DNA from: Alphaproteobacteria bacterium
GTDB taxonomy: Bacteria > Pseudomonadota > Alphaproteobacteria > CALKHQ01
Assembly (NCBI GenBank): GCA_965227515.1
Contig: CBDDFZ010000002.1
Location: 608,001-672,000, forward strand
Reading direction: 5' to 3'
DNA length: 64,000 bases
Numbering within the stretch: the first letter of the stretch is position 1; each line of letters starts with the position of its first letter. This document shows positions 40,701 through 50,192 of the stretch, piece after piece. The notes below the pieces were generated by a model. It was given only the letters and a program-made list of their open reading frames with translations. It searched no databases and was not told where the DNA came from. A program made the translations under genes and the position numbers.

Positions 40701-40966
40701 ACACGTTTGAGGACGACGAGGGCGACGATTTCTTTATCGGCGGCACGGGTAGCGACAGGTTCGTCTGGTCGGAAGGCGTTGACACGGTGGTCGACTACTC
40801 GAAGACCGAAGGGGATGTTCTGGTTCTGCAAGGTGCCGGCAACACCTTTGTGTCGACTGCTACCGGCACCGAGGTGCGCGATGCCTTGGACAACCTGATC
40901 ATGGTCCTGGATGGGTATGACCTCGGAACCGACGGCACACCCATCTTCGAGGAGTGGATCGTTTAG
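37724..40966 (+). CDS. S8 (kexin/furin-like) serine protease with P-domain and RTX calcium-binding repeats
   Basis: [17 protein letters not shown], FAAGN and GTSFSSP catalytic motifs; proprotein convertase P domain ([17 protein letters not shown]); many GGxGxD nonapeptides; no signal peptide, consistent with type I secretion. Confidence 0.92.
   Translation: [1080 protein letters not shown]
40223..40708 (+). repeat. internal direct repeat in the RTX region (period 306 bp)
   Basis: [60 protein letters not shown] encoded twice, starting at 40223 and 40529. Confidence 0.9.
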
Positions 40967-41055
40967 GTGTTGATCGCCCCTGGGCAATTTGCCCTTGCGG
41001 TGCACATGAATGGTGGGAGAATACGCATAGAAAACAGAGAGCGTCGGGCGCCTTT

Positions 41056-41877
41056 ATGAGCTTGAGAGTGGCAAGAACGCGCCTGATGGACAGCGTCAGG
41101 CTCGCCGAGGAACGTATCGCCGCCACCGTTGCCCGACCTCACGATTGCCCGATCTTCATATTTGGAAATCAGAAATCGGGTACCTCGGCGATTTCTGCGC
41201 TGCTTGCAAGAGCCACGGGAACGCGCCTGCAGCTTGATTTTCGCGGTGCAAGGGAACCCTATTTGACGCCCTTGCTGAATGGCCAAATCGATCTTGATGG
41301 GTACATCAGGCGCAACGCGTACGCATTCTCGGCGCCGATGATCAAGGAACCTGGCCTGACCTTTATTGCCAACCGCCTGGCTGAACGCTATCCGAACAGT
41401 CCCTGCGTTTTCATCGTCAGGAATCCGTTCGATAACATCCGCAGCATCTTGAATCGGCTGAAGCTGCGAGGGGACCTGCGACCCGATGAGGTGAACCTGA
41501 GGGCATTGCCGAATTCCACCTGGAGGGCCGTAGTTTCGGGTGGCGACCTGAACCTTTCGGGAAGCTATGTGGAGATACAGGCCCGGCGATGGAACAGGGC
41601 CGTGGATGAGTACCGCAAGGCATCAGGGCGTTTTGTCCTGGTCCGATATGAAGATTTCAACATTGCCAAGCAGGACGTTATTGCCGACCTGGCCGAACGG
41701 CTCGGCCTGACAGTCCGCCATTCGATCGTTGACGTGATGGATCGCGCGTTTCAGCCCAGAGGCTACGCCAGTGTCGATCTGCTGAGCTTCTTCGGCCCAA
41801 CCAACACAGCAAGGATCGCTGACATTTGTGCCGATGGACTGAACTTGTTCGGATATACGGCGCCTCAAACCAGTTGA
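41056..41877 (+). CDS. sulfotransferase family protein
   Basis: FIFGNQKSGTS (5'-PSB loop), IVRNPFDNIRS (3'-PB motif) and VRYEDF. Confidence 0.85.
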   Translation: MSLRVARTRLMDSVRLAEERIAATVARPHDCPIFIFGNQKSGTSAISALLARATGTRLQLDFRGAREPYLTPLLNGQIDLDGYIRRNAYAFSAPMIKEPGLTFIANRLAERYPNSPCVFIVRNPFDNIRSILNRLKLRGDLRPDEVNLRALPNSTWRAVVSGGDLNLSGSYVEIQARRWNRAVDEYRKASGRFVLVRYEDFNIAKQDVIADLAERLGLTVRHSIVDVMDRAFQPRGYASVDLLSFFGPTNTARIADICADGLNLFGYTAPQTS

Positions 41878-42046
41878 TCGCAGTAGGCGCAACAAAGCTC
41901 ACTTACCGCCGGGCCGGGCGTTCTCGACTTTGCGGTGCGCAAGCACCTGTCTGGAAAGCCACGGCCTCGCCCCGGGCTGAAGGACTGAAGAGCGCGCTAG
42001 CGGCCCGCATACTTGACGGCTGCGCCCGGCGCCTTGGAACGGCGCC

Positions 42047-43219
42047 TCATTGCTCGTCTCCAAGCCTGGCAAATCGCGTGATGCAGCCCCAGAAAATCCA
42101 TATCAGCGCGCCGGCCAAGAAGGACCCCGATGTCAGTGACACCTGAGACGCCTGATGTATCATGATCGCCAGCACCCAGGCCGATCCATATTGCGAATAT
42201 CTACATCGTCGGGACCAAAAGCCACGGTAAACCAATAATATGAGAACAATGATCGACACGAATCCCAATATGCCCGCTTCGTGCAAGATCGCTATGTAAT
42301 AGTTATGAACAGACAGGGTGATGACCCTGCCGTTATTCAAGGTTCTTTCCCAGCTACGGCGTGCCTCCACGCCGACGCCGGTCATTGGCCGCTCTGATAT
42401 CTGCTCCAGGGCGTAGTCCCACAACTTCGCCCTGCCGGTCTCCAGTGGCTTGCCCGTCGCAGCTTCCACCACGACACTCAGGCTTTGCGCTTGCTCCGTG
42501 CGCAGCCAAGAGGTGTAGTAGAATGACAGGCTCAGGAGCGATACCAGGACAACGCTGAACAAAGGAACGCCGGCGCCAATACGGCCGACTCGCCTGTTCA
42601 AGATGTAGTAGAAAATACCGAACGCCAGAAGGGCTACCAGTGCGCTTCGGCTCAGAGATAAAAACAAGCACGACAACGAGGAGGCCAGCATTACGGCCAT
42701 GGCCAAATTGACCTTCTCTCGATGGATATAAAATACGCCAAAGAACCCTACGCCGATCAATCCAAAAAGACCCAGGAAGTTACTGTGAAGCTGCCCGATA
42801 ACAAATCCCGTAACGATTCCCGACGACACGCGCTCAATCAGCAAGAAGATGCACTCGACCGACCAAACGACGATAAAAATGTTCTGCCAGTATGTTGACT
42901 CCCATTTCTGCATCGCGCAGAAACAGAATAATGTCGGCCCCAGCAGAATCTTGACGAAGATGTTTAGGTATTCCTGGGAGAATATGCTCAAACCGGGCGC
43001 CGGCGACATATAAACAGAGGAAATATACACGAATGAGCATAGCAACGATATCGCCAGGAAAATCACTGTTTCTCGATCGGCGGCACCGGTCTTCAGCATG
43101 TGCACGAATACGCGCGCCGCAATCGCCGCGAACGAGAATGCGACAAAATACAGACCGAAATTGTCTTCTTCGATCGTGCCGACGAGCAATAATGCAATCA
43201 GAGAGATGGCAAGGGGCAC
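42047..43219 (-). CDS. O-antigen ligase/polymerase family (Wzy_C) membrane protein
   Basis: About 10-11 TM segments; SLSRSAL, TGRAKLW...RPMTGVG and HNYYIAILHEAGILG; lower GC. Confidence 0.85.
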   Translation of the reverse strand: MPLAISLIALLLVGTIEEDNFGLYFVAFSFAAIAARVFVHMLKTGAADRETVIFLAISLLCSFVYISSVYMSPAPGLSIFSQEYLNIFVKILLGPTLFCFCAMQKWESTYWQNIFIVVWSVECIFLLIERVSSGIVTGFVIGQLHSNFLGLFGLIGVGFFGVFYIHREKVNLAMAVMLASSLSCLFLSLSRSALVALLAFGIFYYILNRRVGRIGAGVPLFSVVLVSLLSLSFYYTSWLRTEQAQSLSVVVEAATGKPLETGRAKLWDYALEQISERPMTGVGVEARRSWERTLNNGRVITLSVHNYYIAILHEAGILGFVSIIVLILLVYRGFWSRRCRYSQYGSAWVLAIMIHQASQVSLTSGSFLAGALIWIFWGCITRFARLGDEQ

Positions 43220-43237
43220 GTTATCTTTCCCTACACA

Positions 43238-44407
43238 TCAGGCGTCGGAACACAGCTTATCGAACATCTCGCGGATGGGTTCTTGCTTCTGGACATCGAA
43301 GCACTCCTCCATCCTCTGTCGTCCGTTCATGCCAAGTTTGCGCCGCAGAGCAGGGTCCGTGTGGAGCAGCAACAGCGCCTCCGCGTGGCCGGCCACATCG
43401 CCGGGTTCGAAGAGTATGCCTGTGACGGAATCGACAACCGTCTCTACGACGCCGCCGCTGCTTCCTGTTACGACCGGAACGCCATAGGCCATGGCTTCGA
43501 GTACCGAGACGCCCAGTGCTTCCTCTTGTCCCGTTTTTCTCGATCTCTTGTTGTGAGCCGTGAATATGTCCGCTTCCTTCAGGAAGGACATCGCCGTTGC
43601 GTAAGAAACCGCACCGTGAAATGCCACTCGGTCTTGTAGTCCCGATCTCCGAACCAAATCTTCGCACTCAGACCTGAGAGCGCCGTCGCCGACCATTTCC
43701 AGACGGGCATCCAAGCCTTTCGCAACGGCCAAGCTGAAGGCCTGAATGGTCTCCCTGGGGCCTTTGAAATCCACCAATCTGCCAAGATAGAGAACGCGCA
43801 GGGGCGGCGGCTTGGACTCTGTCCGAGGCGACTTGTCCGTCAGATCCACGCCCAGATATCTCTTGAAGACCCGATCCTCTGAAAAACCAAAGTCACGGAG
43901 TTTCAACCGCGTGGCTTCGGAATTGGCGATAGCATGAATGACGTCTTTTATTCGCCTGACATTCCGTTTGTAGCTAAGGCCGTGCGCAGGAATTAGAGGA
44001 AAACTTTCAACCTTTCTGTCCCACGTAACGTCGTGGCCGTGGCAGTACGTTAGGCAAGTGACATTGGACTCACGCCACAGCTCACGCAGAAGAACGGCGG
44101 TCGTTAGGTAATGGCATAAGACATAAATCTTCGAGGACCCCAATCTCCCAAGGAGTTCCCTCAACCTGTTCACAATTTTTCGGCGGTGCATCTGCAACTG
44201 AAACTTCTTGGGGATGCGTCTGTTTGATCTCATGACAGTGTATGTCGGCATTTCGGCATTCTTGGACCAGCCGGCGGACGCGCCCAACAAGGCAACGAAG
44301 AGGGTGTCGCCACTCAGTTGCTTGTTCATCAGGTGCATCCACGCCTCCGAGTATGTCGGCTCGGTGAGCGATATGACGACAAGGGGGGCAGAGGTGTTTG
44401 GTGACAT
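43238..44407 (-). CDS. glycosyltransferase family 4
   Basis: HGHD, YLGRLVDFKG, VGDGAL and EEALGVSVLEAMAYGVPVV. Confidence 0.9.
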   Translation of the reverse strand: MSPNTSAPLVVISLTEPTYSEAWMHLMNKQLSGDTLFVALLGASAGWSKNAEMPTYTVMRSNRRIPKKFQLQMHRRKIVNRLRELLGRLGSSKIYVLCHYLTTAVLLRELWRESNVTCLTYCHGHDVTWDRKVESFPLIPAHGLSYKRNVRRIKDVIHAIANSEATRLKLRDFGFSEDRVFKRYLGVDLTDKSPRTESKPPPLRVLYLGRLVDFKGPRETIQAFSLAVAKGLDARLEMVGDGALRSECEDLVRRSGLQDRVAFHGAVSYATAMSFLKEADIFTAHNKRSRKTGQEEALGVSVLEAMAYGVPVVTGSSGGVVETVVDSVTGILFEPGDVAGHAEALLLLHTDPALRRKLGMNGRQRMEECFDVQKQEPIREMFDKLCSDA

Positions 44408-45163
44408 TTGGCCTGCGGAAATTCAATAATTGCTATGCATATCAACTGTTTGAATTGGCGATTGAGAATACATCGACCGACGATGCGCCAGGCGGATTGT
44501 GCGGGTTATTCCGGGTGTCGTGGATGGCCAGGCGCTGTTCATCCCTGCTCAGACACTCCCGGTCAATAATCGCTCAGAGGTTTCGTGGTTTGTGCGCCAT
44601 CGTCGTCCGGCAGAGCGCTACCAAAACGGCCCCTCGACGTCCCTTGATGGACTGTCGCTCCAACCAACCTACCTGCCAGCCACTGCGCGTCGCCGATGTA
44701 CCTACGTCAGTATGCGACATCGACGTTACGTACATCAGGCATCGCCGGCGTGCCAACTCATTTCGCCGCGACGTGGTGTGGAACGCCGCGCCCAGAACCG
44801 GCAAGGCTTGAGCTCATCGTTCCGAACTGTGGGCCCTTGGATTTTGCCTGGGTCGCACCATGCGGTGGGCGGAACCGTGGCCCATGCAGCGGTGATGTGC
44901 GCACGCCTTTTTGATGGCTGTGGGAGGTGATATGGAATGGCCTTTGCACTAGTCGTTAGAACTCCAGGGCGCTGGTGCGTTTTCAACGGGGGCGTGTCTG
45001 GGGGGGGTGTGTCTGGGGCTGTCGAAACCGGCTGCAGCCCGGCACGTCGTTGACGCGGGGGAGCGGGGGAATTGACCGGGAATCGGAAATCCCAAATCGA
45101 GGTGCAGTCGAAGACCTCGATAAGAACGCTATGTTCGTCCGCCGAGCAGGAGGCTGAATAGGT

Positions 45164-47083
45164 ATGTGGCGAGGTCGTGACCAGCGTTGCAGGGGGGGCC
45201 TGCGTTGGTTTGGTGTCTACGGAAAGATCGCATTGGCGTGTGGTCTGCTTTCGATCGGTGCCGCGTTCGCCAGTTTGCCAGTCGCAATGGCGCAGAGTGG
45301 GGACCTTCGCGCGGATCTGGAGGCGGCATACGCGGACGGCGACCTGAGTGTTCGCGAGCAACTTGCGTCGATGATGGCGGCCGGCGAAGGCGGGCCCGTC
45401 GATGCCGAGGGCGCGCGGTCGATCTACGAGGTTGCGGCCGCTGAGGGTGAGGGTTGGGCGATGGCGCCGCTGGCCCGGATGATGATCGCGGGCGCGGGCG
45501 GTGTTGCCGATGCAGCCGGCGCCCGGGACCTCGTGGCGGCATCGTACGCGCACGGCAATGACGGTGTGGCGTCGCAGCTGGCCTACATGCTTCGCGAGGG
45601 CATTGGCGGCCCTGCCGACCCCACCGAAGCGCGCGCCATCTACGGGGCATTGGTCGCGTCAGGCGAGGACTGGGCGCGCAATCCGCTTGCGTCGATGATG
45701 GCGGCCGGCGAGGGCGGCCCTGCCGATGCCGAGGGCGCGCGGTCGATCTACGAGGTTGCGGCTGCCGCGGGTGAGGGTTGGGCAGTTGCGCCGCTGGCCC
45801 GGATGATGATCGCGGGTGCGGGCGGTGCTGCCGACCCGGCCGGCGCGCGGGACCTCGTGGTGGCATCGTACGCGGACGGTAATGATGGCGTGGCGTCGCA
45901 GCTGGCCTATATGCTCCGTGAGGGCATTGGCGGCCCTGCCGACCCCGCCGAGGCGCGCGCCATCTATGAGGCGTTGGTCGCGTCAGGCGAACACTGGGCC
46001 CGCAATCCGCTGGCGTCGATGATGGCGGCCGGCCAGGGCGGCCCCGTCGATGCAGAGGGCGCGCGGTCGATCTACGAGGTTGCGGCCGCGGAAGGGGCGG
46101 GCTGGGCAGTGGCGCCGCTGGCCCGAATGATGATCGCGGGCGCGGGTGGCGCTGCCGATCCGGCCGGCGCGCGGGACCTCGTGGAGGCATCGTACGCGGA
46201 CGGTAACGACAGTGTGGCGTCGCAGCTGGCCTACATGCTTCGCGAGGGCATTGGCGGCCCTGCCGACCCCGCCGAAGCGCGCGCCATCTACGAGGCATTG
46301 GTGGCGTCAGGCGAGGACTGGGCCCGCAATTCGCTGGCGTCGATGATGGCAGCCGGCGAGGGCGGCCCCGTCGATGCCGAGGGCGCAAGGTCGATCTACG
46401 AGGTTGCGGCCGCGGAAGGCGCGGGTTGGGCAGTGGCGCCGTTGGCCCGGATGATGATTACGGGCGCCGGTGGCGCTGCCGACCCGGCAGGCGCGCGGGA
46501 CCTCGTGGAGGCATCGTACGCGGACGGCAACGATGGTGTGGCGTCGCAGCTGGCCTACATGCTTCGCGAGGGCATTGGCGGCCCTGCCGATCCCACCGAA
46601 GCGCGCGCCATCTATGAGGTATTGGTGGCGAACGATCAGGCCTGGGCCGCGCATCCGCTCGTCCAAATGCTGGAGAAAGGTGAGGGCGGCCCGCGCGATC
46701 CAGCGCGCGCACTAAGCCTGCTGCACAGTCTCGTTGACGAAGGTCACGATGAATTATACGGCAGGCTTGGCTGGCTTTATCAAAACAGATGGCCAGATCT
46801 GACCTGGCGTGAGTCGATTGAGTATTATCGACTCTTCGCGACGGACGATGAGCATCATGATCAGTTGCTAAGATTGGTTTTTGGCGCTGACAAGAATGCG
46901 TTGGTCGCGATAACCCAGACCTTGCTTGCCGAGAAGGGTTCTTACGACGGCAGTGTCGATGGGCTGTTAACGCGCTCTACGATCGCTGCCATCTACCGAT
47001 ATTGCGTGCGACAAGATTTGGAGGATTGCGATGTCGTGGCGCTACCCAGGCCGGCGATTCTGCATCTGTTGACAGGCTCATGA
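45164..47083 (+). CDS. secreted SEL1-like repeat protein with C-terminal peptidoglycan-binding-like domain
   Basis: AGGAGG RBS, signal peptide (VAMA-Q), about 13 repeats of 36 aa (LA.M...G.GG..D...AR..Y) and QTLLAEKGSYDGSVDGLLTRSTIAAI. Confidence 0.85.
   Translation: MWRGRDQRCRGGLRWFGVYGKIALACGLLSIGAAFASLPVAMAQSGDLRADLEAAYADGDLSVREQLASMMAAGEGGPVDAEGARSIYEVAAAEGEGWAMAPLARMMIAGAGGVADAAGARDLVAASYAHGNDGVASQLAYMLREGIGGPADPTEARAIYGALVASGEDWARNPLASMMAAGEGGPADAEGARSIYEVAAAAGEGWAVAPLARMMIAGAGGAADPAGARDLVVASYADGNDGVASQLAYMLREGIGGPADPAEARAIYEALVASGEHWARNPLASMMAAGQGGPVDAEGARSIYEVAAAEGAGWAVAPLARMMIAGAGGAADPAGARDLVEASYADGNDSVASQLAYMLREGIGGPADPAEARAIYEALVASGEDWARNSLASMMAAGEGGPVDAEGARSIYEVAAAEGAGWAVAPLARMMITGAGGAADPAGARDLVEASYADGNDGVASQLAYMLREGIGGPADPTEARAIYEVLVANDQAWAAHPLVQMLEKGEGGPRDPARALSLLHSLVDEGHDELYGRLGWLYQNRWPDLTWRESIEYYRLFATDDEHHDQLLRLVFGADKNALVAITQTLLAEKGSYDGSVDGLLTRSTIAAIYRYCVRQDLEDCDVVALPRPAILHLLTGS
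45362..46657 (+). repeat. 324-bp tandem repeat x4 within the SEL1 gene
   Basis: Near-identical units start at 45362, 45686, 46010 and 46334; each encodes three distinct 36-aa SEL1-like units. Confidence 0.92.
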
Positions 47084-47216
47084 TTTCTCGGGAAGGCTGG
47101 GCCTTCCCGCGCCTGACCGGAGGCCCTGACCGCTTTCGCTGCTGATCCAGCATGCGCCCCGGCTGCGCGGCCCGATCACATCGGGGTCGGCCAGGCGCAT
47201 CTATTGGCTTAGCAGG

Positions 47217-48386
47217 CTACTGAGTCGAGGGCTTCCACACGGCAGTACGTTTCCCCAAGATCACCCGCGCAACTGCCCACGCCGCTGCAATGTGGACATA
47301 CGACAAGTAGAAGACAAGATAGATGGGGCGGATGCGCCGCTTCTTGATCTCAAGAAACCAGCCGGCCAGAGCCACCACCGTCCATATCACGAACGCAATC
47401 AATAGAAGATATGCGTACCAACTCACGCCAGACAATAAGCCCGTAACCAAGCCTAGAACTGCTAGCGGTAACGCAAACCAACGCAATACACGCCCCGACA
47501 TGAGATGAAACGAAAACCAGCCGCTCTTCAGCGGATTCAGGATTGCAGGCCGGCATATGACCGAGAAAAATGCCCGTGATATTGTCCTGACACGCCGTGA
47601 GAAGTCCTGTGACGAGGACAGTTTATAATCCTCATACGTGACGGCCCTAGGTTCCATTTCAATGCGGAACCCCTTCAGGACCGCATCGAACGCAATTATG
47701 CCATCCTGGGTCGCCCCCGCCGGAATGGGGTTTTCTATTGGATACAATTCTCGCCACATGGCGAAGTTGCCGCCCTGAACGTAACAAAGAGACGATACGC
47801 GCGTCAGATTTTGCTTCAAGAAGTTCTCATACTTGTAGAACAGGCTTTGTCCTTGGCTTGCGTCGAGAGACGAACCTTTTGAGTGTATTTCCAGCCCGCA
47901 CGCCACCCCCACTTTGGGCTGCGTCAATCGGTTGACAAGATGCAAGATTGTGTCCGGTTCCAGCATCGCATCGGCGTCGCTGAAAACCAAAACTTCGCTG
48001 GATAGGTTCCTGATTGCGTCAAGTAAGGCCGCTTCCTTTCCCACCCGCTCATGCGACACCGCAATTTCCACCGGAAACCGGAACTTTATCTTCTTCAGAG
48101 TCGACGAAATGACGTTCTCGGTTTCGTCGGTGCAACCATCCAAGACAAATACAATGGTGAGGGCGCCAGGATAATGTATCTTCGCCAAATTCTCTAATTT
48201 GGCTGGAATGATATCGGCGATGTTATGGCCCGGAATCAGGAGGGTTGCGCCAGGATATTTCTTCGGGGGAATCACATCTTCTTTCCTATTTATTACACCG
48301 CTCGCGACAACGATAAAGGTTAGCAAAGGATAAAGTACATAAACAAAAAGGACCAGGAAAAGCAGAAATAGGGAGATGGCCAACAT
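47217..48386 (-). CDS. glycosyltransferase family 2 (membrane-anchored)
   Basis: N-terminal TM, LIPGHN, VLDGCTD, GKEAAL, FSDAD, QD, RRVRT and C-terminal TMs; lower GC. Confidence 0.9.
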   Translation of the reverse strand: MLAISLFLLFLVLFVYVLYPLLTFIVVASGVINRKEDVIPPKKYPGATLLIPGHNIADIIPAKLENLAKIHYPGALTIVFVLDGCTDETENVISSTLKKIKFRFPVEIAVSHERVGKEAALLDAIRNLSSEVLVFSDADAMLEPDTILHLVNRLTQPKVGVACGLEIHSKGSSLDASQGQSLFYKYENFLKQNLTRVSSLCYVQGGNFAMWRELYPIENPIPAGATQDGIIAFDAVLKGFRIEMEPRAVTYEDYKLSSSQDFSRRVRTISRAFFSVICRPAILNPLKSGWFSFHLMSGRVLRWFALPLAVLGLVTGLLSGVSWYAYLLLIAFVIWTVVALAGWFLEIKKRRIRPIYLVFYLSYVHIAAAWAVARVILGKRTAVWKPSTQ

Positions 48387-48911
48387 TCCATGCGCCTCCA
48401 GTTTGGCAAGCCTTCGCCGTCGCCCGCGATTGACGTTGGGCCGTTTCCTCCCAGAAATATTCGATGTTCAGGCAGTCAAGCTCACGAGCGCTGTCGCCAA
48501 GATTTGACTGGCCTGAACTGTAAACCGAACCGTGCGCGGCTTCTTCTTTTTGTGCGCGGAGGCGCGCATCGTGACATTCCGTGACCGGTGGATATCGCCC
48601 GGAAACAAGGCTCCCTGCGCCGGTCCTCTACCTTGCTGCGTACCCCATTGCTGCCATGACTGATGTCACAGAGCGAGAGCGTCGCCGCGGGCAATCGGTC
48701 CGGCTGGCAATCGGCGGCCGTCCAGTCGGCGACGGCCGCGCCCAAGCACTTCGCGATCATCGTGGCGACGCCCCCATGGTGCGTTCGAGGTTGGAAGATC
48801 GGCCCCGCGGGGTCAATAGGTTCGTGACGGCATGGCGACGACAGGCGTCCCTTCCGTCGGGCGTGCGCGTAAGCCGCAAACACAGGAGAGATCTGCTTGT
48901 GGGTTGGTGCG

Positions 48912-50192
48912 CTAGCCAACTGGGAAAAACCCCAGTCGGGCTCGAACGACGAATGCGGCACAAATATTCTGCAAGCTGACGCCCACGGCGGTGCCGATGG
49001 CCGTGCCGACCGCGCCAAACTGATCGGTAAGAAGGAACAGCACTATCAAGGTCAGGACGGCAGAACATGCCGTTGTGATTTGGTAGTCTTTTTCGTGGCC
49101 GGTCATCGTGAGCAGATGCCCCACGGAGCCCGTTGCGACATTGACGAATTGCCCCCAAATCAGAATTTGTAAAAATATTGACGCGTTCTCATAACCGTCG
49201 CCAAAGAATGACATGATGAAACCAGCGAACAGACTGGCCAAAATGACCGCCGGGAGTGTCAGGGCGATAAGCGCTCGACTGACGTTTCTAGCGAGATTGG
49301 CCAACTGCGCGACGTTCTGGGCTGCCCACAGTTCCGAATAGCGCGGGGCAACAATCATATTCATGACCATAAGCCCGAAACTAAAAAACAGGGCGAGACG
49401 ATGCGCGGAGGAAAAATAGGCGAGTTCCGTACTGGAAACAAAAATGCCTGCAACGATGACTCCAGACCAATGAACAAGTACTTGCATGCATCCCGCAAGC
49501 CATAAATGTGCGGCGGAAGTGGCGAGTGGCGCGTCCCGTAGGCTGGGGAGAAAGAATCTGTTTTTCATTACTTTGAACCAGAACAAAACAGATGATATCG
49601 AAATCAACAATGACGAAAAGAAATAAAACATTGCGGCATCGGATATATCGGGGATATAGCCAAGCATTACATGTGATCCGAACAATAATAGGAAAATGGA
49701 GTACGGGCCCAAATTTTGATAAACGACAGATATGACACTCCTGTTCTTGGATAACATGGCCGATGATATGTAGAAATGGATAGCGGTCATCGGGATGGTC
49801 AAAAAGAACCATTTTAGCGGCGCAGACAGTGCTGGCTCGCTGAATATTTTTGTCGAAATTATATCGCTCAGAACGAACAATAGCACCGCAAGGGTGGAGG
49901 AAAATATTCCGATCCACACCAGCCCCCGGTTCATTTTGGTCTGTCGGACATTTTCATCAGTTTCCGACGTGAGCGTCCGCAGGATCACCAAATCGAGTCC
50001 GAGCCGGGACGCCACGTTCAAAATGATGATTATCGAAAGGCCGAGAAGAAAATTGCCAGCCTGATCTTTCGTGAAATAGTTAGTGATGGAGATCGTTAGT
50101 ATCAGGCCAATGACCGCCGACAGCATTTTTGCTGCGGCGGTCAGTAGAAAGCGATGGACAATCTTCCTGCTGAGAATATTTGAGATTGTCAT
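48912..50192 (-). CDS. polysaccharide flippase (Wzx-like)
   Basis: About 12 TM segments; SRLGLD, IVAPRYSELW, LIWGQFVNVATGSVGHLLTMTGHEK and FGAVGTAIGTA; lower GC. Confidence 0.88.
   Translation of the reverse strand: MTISNILSRKIVHRFLLTAAAKMLSAVIGLILTISITNYFTKDQAGNFLLGLSIIIILNVASRLGLDLVILRTLTSETDENVRQTKMNRGLVWIGIFSSTLAVLLFVLSDIISTKIFSEPALSAPLKWFFLTIPMTAIHFYISSAMLSKNRSVISVVYQNLGPYSIFLLLFGSHVMLGYIPDISDAAMFYFFSSLLISISSVLFWFKVMKNRFFLPSLRDAPLATSAAHLWLAGCMQVLVHWSGVIVAGIFVSSTELAYFSSAHRLALFFSFGLMVMNMIVAPRYSELWAAQNVAQLANLARNVSRALIALTLPAVILASLFAGFIMSFFGDGYENASIFLQILIWGQFVNVATGSVGHLLTMTGHEKDYQITTACSAVLTLIVLFLLTDQFGAVGTAIGTAVGVSLQNICAAFVVRARLGFFPVG

Noticed and set aside
45362-46657. 324-bp repeats as a CRISPR or mobile array
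   Set aside because: They are in-frame coding repeats of a SEL1-like protein.
48387-48911. ORFs in the spacer between GT2 and the flippase
   Set aside because: No motifs, RBS or codon bias; could be decayed DNA but I cannot support a pseudogene call.
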